Assembly: GCA_963798845.1 (NCBI GenBank)
Contig: CAWCUS010000006.1
Location: 512,001 to 576,000 of the forward strand
Direction of reading: 5' to 3'
Source of the DNA: an uncultured Gemmatimonadales bacterium
GTDB taxonomy: Bacteria; Gemmatimonadota; Gemmatimonadetes; Longimicrobiales; RSA9
Length of the DNA stretch: 64,000 bases
Positions 22,137 to 31,452 of this stretch are shown piece by piece. The notes under the pieces are model-generated. The model made no database searches, was not told where the DNA came from, and was given only the letters and a program-made list of their open reading frames with translations. Both the position numbers and the translations under genes were made by a program. How positions within the stretch are numbered: the first letter of the stretch is position 1; every line of letters starts with the position of its first letter.

Positions 22137-22187
22137 GTCTGCGCCCTTTCCCTGGTGTGCGTGCGAATTTAGCAGTCGACGACCGGC

Positions 22188-22994
22188 TCAGAATCGCTGC
22201 AGCGAACGAGCGCCGCCACGGTACAGCTCCACCGAGGGCGGCGCCGGCCGCGGCACCACGCGCCCCGCCGACGAGCGCCGGGTGGGTCCCGACATCAACG
22301 CGCTCTTGCGGATCCCGTCCGTGCTCACCTCCGCCACGTCGATCATGTTGCGGAGCGCGAGCTGGAGCTGCCCCTCCTGGCTCGCCAGCGTCAGCTTCTC
22401 CGCTTCCTGGGGCGTCACCAGGAGGGTGACCACCGAATAGGTCATCGGCTTGCCCTCCTCGTCGCGGCTGGACACCTGGCCGGCGGCCAGGACGGTCATG
22501 TCCTGGAGGATGATCTGCGTGCGGGGCTCGCCGCCCTGTTCCAGGCTGAGGAGCACGTCCACGCGCGTGTACGGGATCACGAACCCGGCCACCGAGACCA
22601 CCTCGTTCACGCGGATGCTCAGCGCCCGCTTGCCTTCCGGGATCGTGATCGGCAGGCCGGCGCCGCTCCCCTTCTCCGCCAGGTCGCTGGCGAGGATCGG
22701 CTCGTTCATGTGCACGGCCGTCATGATCCCCCGGCCCACCGCGTCGGCCGGGACGGAGACGTAGTTGTCGGGCAGGGAGCTGGCCGGCCACTCGATCACG
22801 TTCAGGTCCTCCCGTGTCAGCAGCGCGCCCACGGGGAGCGCCCGCGCGGCCACCACCACCTGGGCCGTCCGGTCCGGCCGGACCGCCACGGACGTGGCGG
22901 GGCGCGTGGACAGGTAGCGCAGCGTCGAGAACCCGGCCACGGCGGCCGCGACCAGCGCGAGCAGGAGGATGACGACGACGCGTCGCTGCTTCAT
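22188..22994 (-). CDS. cpaB: Flp pilus assembly protein CpaB/RcpC
   Basis: SAF-like VVVAARALPVG, IPEGKRALSI, VAGFV.P..RVDV and LQLALRN. Confidence 0.92.
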   Translation of the reverse strand: MKQRRVVVILLLALVAAAVAGFSTLRYLSTRPATSVAVRPDRTAQVVVAARALPVGALLTREDLNVIEWPASSLPDNYVSVPADAVGRGIMTAVHMNEPILASDLAEKGSGAGLPITIPEGKRALSIRVNEVVSVAGFVIPYTRVDVLLSLEQGGEPRTQIILQDMTVLAAGQVSSRDEEGKPMTYSVVTLLVTPQEAEKLTLASQEGQLQLALRNMIDVAEVSTDGIRKSALMSGPTRRSSAGRVVPRPAPPSVELYRGGARSLQRF

Positions 22995-23006
22995 GAATCC
23001 CTTCTC

Positions 23007-23475
23007 CTATTCGTTCCGCATGACCATGCGGCTCTTCAGCGTGATCGTGGCCTGCCCCGTGGTCCAGCTCAGGAACGGGCCAACCAGGTTGAACCGGTAC
23101 GGGTACTCGAGGTAGACCATGCTCGGCTGCCCCGTCGCGACTCCGCCGCCGCCGCCGCCGTCGTCGAGATCGATGCACGGCGGCGAGCCGCAGGGTCTGC
23201 GTCAGCCCGCTCGGGTCCAGGCGGCCGTTCGCCAGCGCCTGCGCGACATGGGCGAGCACCGAGTCCGCGGTCGAGTTGTTGGCCACGGCCGAGACCCGGG
23301 CCCCTTCGCGCGCCGCGTCGGCAATGACGTGCTGGGCGCTCCAGGCCCGGGCGAAGTCGATCATCCCCATGACGATGAGGAGCAGGATCGGCGCGATCAG
23401 GGCGAACTCCACCACCGCCTGACCTGGCCGGGAGCCGCGCTCCCGCGATTCCGGCCGCGCGGCGCGACGCGTCAT
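23007..23475 (-). CDS. tadE: TadE-like pseudopilin (frameshifted about 23140-23210)
   Basis: GQAVVEFALIAP and AAREGAR; the C-terminus VYLEYPYRF...SRMVMRNE* is in another frame. Confidence 0.8.
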
Positions 23476-24008
23476 CCCATTAGCCATTTCGAGTACGGGG
23501 TAAAGAGAGTCAGTGCCGCCGCGCCGGCGATGGCCACGGCGTACGGGACGGTGAGGCGTCCCTCGTCGCCGAGCCGGGCGCGGTGGCCCTTCGAGCCCAG
23601 CGTAGCGGCGTGCTTCGCGAGGTCCAGCGTCATGACCGTCGCCTCGATTCCAGCGCGCCTGCGCACCACCATGAGAATGGCCACCAGGCCACCCATCGCG
23701 CCGAACGCCAGGAGGTACGGGACGAGCCCGGCCCACCCCACCGCCAGCGCTCCGACCATCAGGAACTTCGCATCCCCGCCGCCGATCGCACCGATCGCGA
23801 ACGCGGCGAAGGCCAGCGCGAACGCGAGCAGCCCCGCGAGCAGCGCCCCCGGGATGCTCCCCGCCCCGCCCGCGCCGGCCGAGGCCAGCAGGGCGAGGGG
23901 GAGGCCCGCGAGGACGAGACCGTTGGGCACCCGTCGAGCCCGGACGTCCGTGATGGCGCCGAGCATGAGGACAACAGTAACGGGTACCGCAAACAGTGTC
24001 GAGGACAT
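23472..24008 (-). CDS. cpaA: Prepilin peptidase A24 (CpaA/TadV)
   Basis: TD...RRVPN, GGGDAKF and VPYAVAI. Confidence 0.9.
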   Translation of the reverse strand: MSSTLFAVPVTVVLMLGAITDVRARRVPNGLVLAGLPLALLASAGAGGAGSIPGALLAGLLAFALAFAAFAIGAIGGGDAKFLMVGALAVGWAGLVPYLLAFGAMGGLVAILMVVRRRAGIEATVMTLDLAKHAATLGSKGHRARLGDEGRLTVPYAVAIAGAAALTLFTPYSKWLMG

Positions 24009-24079
24009 TCACTTCGTTTCGCGTGAGATCCGGCGGCGCGCGAGCGGGTGGGACGTTCTGCCGCCCCACCCGCACAGGC

Positions 24080-24290
24080 CGCATTGCCCGGCGTGGTCAC
24101 GTCGCTGTACGTGTTGCCGGGCGCGTCGTTCAGCGTGTTGGAGATCGTGTCGAAGATCGTCGCCGATGGCGTTCCGGAAGATCAGCATCACGGCGACGAG
24201 GCCGATGGCCACGAGCGCGATGATGAGCACGTACTCCACGAGGCCCTGGCCGGACTCGTCCGACAGGAAGCTCTGCCACAACTCCTTCAT
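24080..24290 (-). CDS. flp: Flp/Fap major pilin (apparent +1 frameshift at about 24161; 3' end uncertain)
   Basis: AGGAGG RBS; MKELWQSFLSDESG|QGLVEYVLIIALVAI. Removing one G gives IGTIFDTISNTLNDAPGNTYSDVTT. Confidence 0.85.
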
Positions 24291-24433
24291 TGTTCCTCCT
24301 CGTCCCACTGGGGACCGGGTGAGTGACTGCCCGAATGTCGGGCGGGATCGGGGCGGGCGCCCGAACCGGCGCCCGACAAGGGGAGCTACCCCGTTCTGGC
24401 AGGTCGCTCGACCCGCCGTCGCCCGAACATGGT

Positions 24434-24500
24434 TACAGGAGGCGTGCCGCGCATGTGGTGTGGGGTTTTCCGCGCCATTGCTCGATTTTTGCGCCATTGC
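24434..24500 (-). promoter_or_regulatory. flp upstream region: imperfect sigma54-like site plus a direct repeat
   Basis: Minus-strand CGGCAC-GCCTC-CTGTA (24449-24434; the -12 element is GT, not GC). GCGCCATTGC is repeated at 24472 and 24491, each copy preceded by a T-run. Confidence 0.4.
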
Positions 24501-24548
24501 CGGATGTCTCCCGGCTCCGCCTTGTACCGCATCGGGACAGCGGGAACG

Positions 24549-26620
24549 TCACGATGCGACACGGCCGCGGCCGTGCGCTGGCCGGCCAGGGAACCCGCGT
24601 TCAGCATGAACGAGGCTCGCCGCCAGCGCGAGGACCAGGACCGCCGCGGCGATGAGGCTGACGAGCCTCGCCAATGTCTCGACGCGCCCGGGCCGCCAGA
24701 CCAGGCGCACCTCCTCGGATGCGGGGACCACGAGCAGGTGATGCGGCGCGGCCGGGTAGGGCCCGGCCCCAGGAGGCACGAGGCGCCACGCGGGGAAATA
24801 CGAGAGCCGCAGGAGCAGTGGCGTGCCCGGGCGGGCGCCGGAGAACCGGATCTCGCCAGGGAGCATGCGGACCGCGGCTTCGGGCGACCGCAGGGACGAC
24901 ACGGCGTGAGAGCCGCCGGCAACGGGCGGCGGTGCCGCCACGGGAAGCGGCAGCCGTCCTCCGGAAGCGAACCACTCGGCGGCGGCGCCGGGCAGGGAAT
25001 CGGGAGGAACGGGATGGAGGGTGCCGGGGTCCAGGGCCACGGCGTCGTCCTGGATTTCGAACAGCCGCCATATCGAGTCTCGAGCCACCTGCCGCGCACC
25101 GGTAAGGTCGGAGGCCTCCAGGAACGCGGGCGTCCCGGCCAGGACGATGAAGCGGGCGCCGAGGAGGCGTGCCTGGCGAACGCCGAGGTCCGGGTCCGGC
25201 CGGGCCTCCCCGGGCGGCGACAGAAACCCCACGGCACCCGTGAGGTTCGCGCGGGCGCGGTTCACGTAAGGGGCGTTCGGGCTGGACTCCTGCCACAGGC
25301 CGCCCAGATGCGTCTGCCGGACCACCCGTACAGGTGCTGTAACGCGCCGTCGCTCAGGAGGCGCGCCGTCCTCTCGTTAGGGGCGTGCTGAATCGGGAAG
25401 CGAACGGCGTCCAGCACGGCGCCGGGAGGGAGGCCGCGGAGCGTCGCCCGCAGCGCGGCCCATGACGCCGAATCGGCCGCGGCTCCAGCCCCGGCCAGGA
25501 TCACCTCCGCCGCTCGCCTGGGTGGCGCGCGCACGATCAGGAGCCCGAGCATCACGCCGAGGCCGAATAGCCCGGCCGCGGCACGCGGAAGGTCGCGTCG
25601 CCCGGTCAGATCCCGGACGGAGCGGCCAATCGCCACCACCGCGAGGCAGCTGGCAGACCAGAACCCGAAGGGGAGGAGCCGAGCCGCGTAGAACGGCGGA
25701 TCCGGCAGCGCCAGCGGCACAACCGAGACGAAGAGAAGCAGGGCCGCGAGGCGGTAGAACGCAGCGCCCAGGGCGGCGGGGCGCCGGATGAACGCGAGGA
25801 GCGCCAGGGCCGCCAGCGGGACACCCTCGTAGAGCAGAGCGTGGACCTGCGCGGTCGGAACGGGGCCCCAGGTCAGCCGGCTCATCTCCCCGGAATACAC
25901 GAGGAACGGCACCGTCCACCAGGCCGACAGCGCGAACGCGGCGGCCCACGTCCCCGCCATTAGCAGCCACCCGCGGCGCCGCGCCAGGGCCAGCGATCCC
26001 ACCACCACCACTCCCGTCACCAGGACGTGGGAAAGCGCGGTCGCGGCGAGGAGCACCGTCGAGAGCGCGAAGCGCGGCGCTGTCGGCCGGTCCAGAAGAC
26101 GTGGGAGCGAGGCGAGGTAGAACAGCGCCAGCGGCACCGCCAGTCCGAAGGAGAACTCGCCGACCACGGCGGCTTCGACGGTGCCGCCCGCCAGCGCCAG
26201 CGCGTGGGACAGCAGGAAGAACGCCGAGCCCGCCGCCGCCAGCGCGGCGCCGGACCGGGAGCCTCCGGTCGCGACGACCACGGATCCCGCCGCCACGGGC
26301 GTGAGGACCGGCCCCAGGAGCACGACGAAGGTCACGGCCGCGGCGAGCGGCACGGCCGCCGACAGGGCGCCGATCAGGAGAGCCGGGAGCGGAAAATAGA
26401 AGTAGAAGCGCGGAAATCCTCCGAACCAGGCGTACGACCAGCCGCGGAAGCCGCCGTGATGCAGCGAAGCGATGGACTCCTGGAGCGGCGCCATGTGCCC
26501 TCCCAGGTCGCCGAGGACCGGGACGGCGGGATGGAGGAGAGGGGCCGGGCCGGTGCCGTACACGACGGCCGCGGCGCCGAAGGCCAGCGAGAGCGCGATC
26601 CAGCCGGTGTTGCTTCTCAC
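24549..26620 (-). CDS. PTPS-related/YfhO-like GT-C membrane protein, copy 2 (frameshift about 25320)
   Basis: GTG 26620 overlaps the upstream TGA. GDLGGH, WFGGFPRFYFYFPLP, GEFSF and ALSH, then GGLWQESS in the next frame. Collinear with 26617..28743. Confidence 0.72.
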
Positions 26621-28743
26621 CGGGGCGGCGAGGCCGCGGGGGCGTGTGCGGGCCCGCGCGTGTGGCTGCGCCGGATCATGCCGGCGGCGAGGGCGAGGAG
26701 GAGGAGGGCGGCGGCCGTCCAGCTCGTGGCGAGGCTGGCGCGCTCCGGCCATCCCGTGACCCAGACCAGCCGGACTTCGCTGGAGAGGGGAAGGACGAGC
26801 ATGTCGTTGGGCGCGGCGCGGAACGGTCCGCGGCCGGGTGTGGCCAGGCGCCAGTTCGGAAAGAAGGAGAGGCGGACGAGCAGGGGCTGTCCGGGAACGG
26901 CGCCGCGCAGGGTAATGTCGCGGGGCCCGAGGCGGACCTGGGCCTCGCCCAGGCGAACGGCGCCCGGGAAGGCGGATCCCCGCGGCGCGAGGGCGGAGTC
27001 GATCCGAACGGGGAGCGGCGAGCCGCCTCCGCGCTCGAACCAGGCCGCGGCTGCCGCGGAGAAGGAGTCGCGCGCGGTCGGGGCAACCCGCGCCACGCCT
27101 ACCGCGGCGGCGGCACCGGCGATTTCGTAGAGTCGCCAGCTCGAGTCGCGCGCGAGCTCCCGGACGCCGTGAAAGCGAAGCGTGTCGAGCGCCGCGGCGG
27201 GCCCCGACATCACGAGGTACCGGGCGCCGAGCAGCCGCGCCTGCCGGATGCCGAGGTCGGGATCCGGAGGACGCTCGGGGAACACCCTCATCCTGGAGCT
27301 CAGGTCGCCCCGGAGGTTGCCGCGCGCGCGCAGCTCGAATGCGCTCCGCCGGCTGGATTCCTGCCAGGTTCCGCCGACGGTGCGGTGGCCCGTGAGCCGG
27401 TGGAGGTGCAGCAGGCCGCCATCGGCGAGGAAGCGCGGGGGATCCGTATTGCGGGCATGAAGAGACGCTTCGGCCACCGCGCCCGGCGGCAGGCGCTGGA
27501 TGTACCGCTCGAGAGAAAGCCACGCGGCCGCGTCCACGGCCTCGCGCATGCCGCCGAAGTTCACTTCAGCCGTCCTCCTCGGCGGAGGGCTGGCGGCCGC
27601 GACGACCAGCAGGGCGCCCAGACCCGCGATTCCGATGACGGCACGTACCCGGCGCCGCCGCGCCGCCATGGCCAGCACCGACTGCCAGCCCGCCACCACG
27701 GCAAGGCTGCACCCCGCCCAGAGGCCGAAGGGAAGAAGGCGCCCGGGGTAGAACGGCGGATCGGGAACCACGAGGGGAATGATGCCGGTGACCATGAACA
27801 CGCCAGCCACGCGGTAGAAACGCGGCCCCAGCGCCGTGGTGCGCCAGCCGAGGGCCAGGAGCGCCAGCACGCCCACCGGCACCCCTTCGTACAGAAGCGC
27901 CGCCAGCTCGCGCGTAGCGATGGGCGACCAGCTGAGCCTGCCCATCTCGCCCGCGTACCACAGAAACGGGACCGTCCACCACGCGGACAGGAGGAACCCT
28001 GCGGCCCACGTCCCCGCCGTCCTGAGCAGGTCGCGTCCGCGCCCCACGAGCGCGACGGAGCCGATCACGGCCACGGCCGTTCCCAGCACGTGGGAAAGAG
28101 CCGTGGCCGCCAGCAGCACAGAGGACAGGATGAACCACCCCGCGCCGGGACGCCGCATCAGCCCCGGCAGCGAAGCCAGGTAGAAGATCCCCAGCGTCAC
28201 GGACATCCCGTAGGAGAACTCTCCCACGACCGCCGCCTCCAGCGTTCCCCCCGCCAGCGCGAGCGATCGAAACAGGAGGAAGACCCCGGTCCCCAGCGCG
28301 ATCAGCACCGCGCCGCCGCGCGTGCCGCCCGTCGAACGGGCCAGCCCGGCCGCCGCCAGCGGCAGAAGCGCCGGGCCCACCAGTACGACCACCACCGAGG
28401 CGTGGCCGAGGCCGATCAGGGCGGAGAGTCCGGCGATGAGGAGGGCTGGGAGCGGGAAATAGAAGTAGAAGCGCGGGAATCCGCCAAACCAGCTGAACGA
28501 CCAGCCACGGAACGACCCCTGGCGCAGCGCCTCCATCGACTCGCGGATGGGCACCATGTGGCCGCCCAGGTCGCCGAAGATCGGAGGATCGGGGGAAAGG
28601 AGAGGGCGGATTCCTGTGCCGAACCCGACTGCGGCAAGGCCGATGAGAATGGAGAGCCCGATCCAGGGAACGCGGCAGGGAGGCGACGCGGGGAGGTGGC
28701 CGGCGACACGGGGGTCGGCGCCTTCGGTGCCGGGTCGCATCAC
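26617..28743 (-). CDS. PTPS-related/YfhO-like GT-C membrane protein, copy 1
   Basis: GDLGGH, WFGGFPRFYFYFPLP, many TM segments and C-terminal LLVRLSFFPNW...AAPNDM. Confidence 0.78.
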   Translation of the reverse strand: MMRPGTEGADPRVAGHLPASPPCRVPWIGLSILIGLAAVGFGTGIRPLLSPDPPIFGDLGGHMVPIRESMEALRQGSFRGWSFSWFGGFPRFYFYFPLPALLIAGLSALIGLGHASVVVVLVGPALLPLAAAGLARSTGGTRGGAVLIALGTGVFLLFRSLALAGGTLEAAVVGEFSYGMSVTLGIFYLASLPGLMRRPGAGWFILSSVLLAATALSHVLGTAVAVIGSVALVGRGRDLLRTAGTWAAGFLLSAWWTVPFLWYAGEMGRLSWSPIATRELAALLYEGVPVGVLALLALGWRTTALGPRFYRVAGVFMVTGIIPLVVPDPPFYPGRLLPFGLWAGCSLAVVAGWQSVLAMAARRRRVRAVIGIAGLGALLVVAAASPPPRRTAEVNFGGMREAVDAAAWLSLERYIQRLPPGAVAEASLHARNTDPPRFLADGGLLHLHRLTGHRTVGGTWQESSRRSAFELRARGNLRGDLSSRMRVFPERPPDPDLGIRQARLLGARYLVMSGPAAALDTLRFHGVRELARDSSWRLYEIAGAAAAVGVARVAPTARDSFSAAAAAWFERGGGSPLPVRIDSALAPRGSAFPGAVRLGEAQVRLGPRDITLRGAVPGQPLLVRLSFFPNWRLATPGRGPFRAAPNDMLVLPLSSEVRLVWVTGWPERASLATSWTAAALLLLALAAGMIRRSHTRGPAHAPAASPPR

Positions 28744-29517
28744 CTATCTGGGGGGCGGCGCTGCTCCGGCGGGATCCGCAGGCGCGGCAAGCCCGGAAGC
28801 CTCGCGGGAGAGCCGTGCATAGAGGGAAAGGAGCTGGGCGAGCCCGCCGATCCGGCTGCGCCACTGGTTGAAGGCGCGGTCGCGAGCCCCGTGGAGTGCC
28901 ACGGGGACCTGGACGAGGGAGCTTCCACTCCGGGCCAGGCGCCAGAGCACTTCGGTGTCCCAGAGCCACCCCTCCTCCTTGACGTCCGGGAGGATCGCGC
29001 GCATGGCGGTGCCGTCGAACGCCTTCATGCCGGTCTGGTGGTCCTGGAGGCCGCTGCGGAGCACGAGGCGAGCGGCCGCGTTCACGGCGCGGCTGGCCAG
29101 GCGGCGCAGGGCGGGGCGCGCGGCGAGCGCGGCCCCCATTTTGGCGCCGGCGGCGCAGCCGGCGCCATCGCGGACCGCCCGGATGAGGGCTGGCAGGTCT
29201 TCCGGGGCGAGGTCGAGGTCGCTGTCCATGAAGGCGAGGATCTCTCCCCGGGCCTGCCGGAGGGCACGCGTCAGGACCAGCCCCTTGCCCGGGCGGTCCA
29301 CGGGCACGACGCGGATGGAAGGATCCGCCCGGAGCGCCCGGGCGACCGTGTCGTCCGAGGAAGCGGAGTCGCCGAGCAGGATCTCGTACGTCCAGCCGTT
29401 CTGCTCGAGCGCGGCCGCGACGCGGAGAACCACCTCCGCAATGGTATCGGCTTCGTCCCGTGCCGGGAGGACGACGCTGACGAGGGGCGGTGCGTTGCGC
29501 ACGCTGGGGTCAACCAT
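28744..29517 (-). CDS. GT2 polyprenol-phosphate glycosyltransferase (DPM/DPG synthase-like)
   Basis: VSVVLPARDE, DSASSD.T, GKG, FMDSD, DHQTGMK and WDTE. Confidence 0.85.
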   Translation of the reverse strand: MVDPSVRNAPPLVSVVLPARDEADTIAEVVLRVAAALEQNGWTYEILLGDSASSDDTVARALRADPSIRVVPVDRPGKGLVLTRALRQARGEILAFMDSDLDLAPEDLPALIRAVRDGAGCAAGAKMGAALAARPALRRLASRAVNAAARLVLRSGLQDHQTGMKAFDGTAMRAILPDVKEEGWLWDTEVLWRLARSGSSLVQVPVALHGARDRAFNQWRSRIGGLAQLLSLYARLSREASGLAAPADPAGAAPPPR

Positions 29518-29555
29518 GGTCAGCCGGATCGAGGATTCGCGACCGAAGCGAAAGG

Positions 29556-29571
29556 GGCAACCCCTGTTCCC
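29556..29571 (-). promoter_or_regulatory. Sigma54-like promoter (GGGAAC-AGGGG-TTGCC)
   Basis: GG-N10-GC about 40 bp upstream of the GT2 ATG at 29517. Confidence 0.5.
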
Positions 29572-29689
29572 CGGACAGGTCCGGAGAGGCGGGGGCCGTT
29601 CGTGGCGGTGTTGCAGTGTTTTCCGCCCGGACGGGCGGCGGACGCGAGACCCTCTCTGTTCTGCCGCGAGACACTCGTGCGGCCCGCAG

Positions 29690-31452
29690 CGCAACAGGGT
29701 GCCTGCTGCCTTCCAGGCGGTAGAGGCGGACGTCCGCCTCGGTCGGGCCCGGGATCGGCACGAGCCACGACGGCGCTCGCCCCGGATCAGGGCGCCGTAC
29801 AGCGTCTCCCGTCCGTCGCGCTCGGGAACGAGATAGGCGTCCCTCCCGGCCGGACACACCAGGACCACATCGACCCCCCGTTCCCGGAAGTCGCGGGGGT
29901 CTGCCTCATCGAGCGAGGCGTCGAGCGTGGCGATGACGACACGATTGCCCGAGTTGTGGAGATAAGGGGCGGCGAGGACCGAGTGCGGCGTATGATAGAG
30001 GATGGCCGGTCCCAGGTCGACGTGTGTGGCGATCACACTGGGGCGGAGGCCGGCCAGGGCGGTGACCGCCTCCCGATCGGAGCAGCCCGTGGACGTGTGG
30101 AGCGAAGGAGTCCGCGTCCGCCGGAGAACGGTCCCGGCGAAGATCCAGCCGAAGATGCTGCACACCACGAGAGCCCCCCGCGCCCACGCGCGCAAGCGCG
30201 AGGCGTGTATTGAAGCGGCGACATCGGAGATGGCGACACCGAGCAGGGCTGCACCAAAGGCTTCGGCGTAAAGGAGCCAGCGCAACTGGAAAAACCCGAT
30301 CACGGTCGTGGCGGCGAGCGGGAGGAGGAGAGCCGCGCGAGCGGCCCGGTGGTCGGGCTTGCGCAGCAACACCACCGCCGCGAGGAGGGCGACGACGGGC
30401 GCGCCGAAGTGCATCACAATGGGAGCCGCCGCGAGCGTCTCCTCTCGAACCTCGCTGATGCGGGGCAGCCGAATGCCGGCCAGCGTCGGGTCCAGGCTGG
30501 CGTAGGGGCCGAGGAAGAAGCGCGGGTCGAGGGCGGCAATGATTGCGGCGAGCGCGCCGCCGGAAAGGACCGCGGTGCCCAGCCGCGTGGCGGTGGTCCG
30601 GTCTTCGACGGCCGGGGCGGCGAGCCACCAGAACGCCAGCAGTCCGAGCGCCACCAGCAGGTGAATGGCGCTCACGCGGTCCAGATAGACGGCGAGCCAT
30701 TGCGCCGGAGCCCGCTCGGCCACGATCGCGAACGCGAGAACGGCGGCGGCGGTGCCGTGGAACCGGGCGTTCACATCACGCCAGCGGTGGGTGTCGCCCG
30801 CAAGCCACGCGATCCCCAGAACAAGGGTGGCGAGAGCGTACGCGAGCAGCGCCTCGACGCTGAGCCATAGGCCGAATCCCGCAGCGAGTCCGGCGACCAC
30901 GGCCATTCCGGGACGTGGTCGGATCAGCATCCGGACGATGGCCCCGAAAAGCACGAGGGCCGTCAGGAGAATGAGGTGGTGATGGTCGGCGCGGCCCGGA
31001 TAGCCGTAAGAGAAGCAGACGGCCTGTCCCATCACGAACAGCGCGACGAGGGGCGCGGAGAGCTCGGTGAGGAGCGGCCGAACCATCCACGCTGCCGCAA
31101 TCGCCGCTGCGATCAGGAGCGCGGGCGGGAGCAGGAGCGCCGTCAGCAGCAGAGGGTCGTGGGAGAACGGCCGCAACGCCGTGGTGACGACGATGATCAG
31201 GACGTCCAGAGGGCGCGTCCAGTGCAGGTCGTCTCCGAATGGAACGTTGCTGCGGGGAATGGTCCCGTCGAACCAGCTGGCGCCGGCCATGAGGCGCCGG
31301 ACGCGGACGAGCCGCATGTAGCCGTCCGTCCCCGGCAGCCAACCCCTGGAGAGATCGCCCCACCGGTGCATGGAGACCACGGCCATCCACGACGCCATGG
31401 TCGCGCTCGAGACGATCCACGCCACCGCCGAACGCGCGCGCGGCAATGTCAT
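29690..31452 (-). CDS. STT3/PglB/AglB-like GT-C membrane glycosyltransferase, copy 1 (frameshift about 29775; 3' end uncertain)
   Basis: GTDGYMRL, HWTRPLD, GRADHH, ISEVRE and HVDLG. The paralog-like tail PSWLVP...VRLYRL lies in another frame. Confidence 0.7.

Noticed and set aside
26644..30213. Very long antisense or alternate-frame ORFs (this 1189-aa one, 15650-18496, 59473-62829 and others)
   Set aside because: Arg/Pro/Gly-rich shadows of real genes in high-GC DNA, with no family motifs.
28744..31452. 902-aa ORF suggesting an STT3-like/GT2 fusion
   Set aside because: The paralog-like C-terminus continues in another frame at about 29775, the linker reads as non-coding, and a sigma54-like site precedes the GT2 ATG. 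The fusion is a frameshift artefact.
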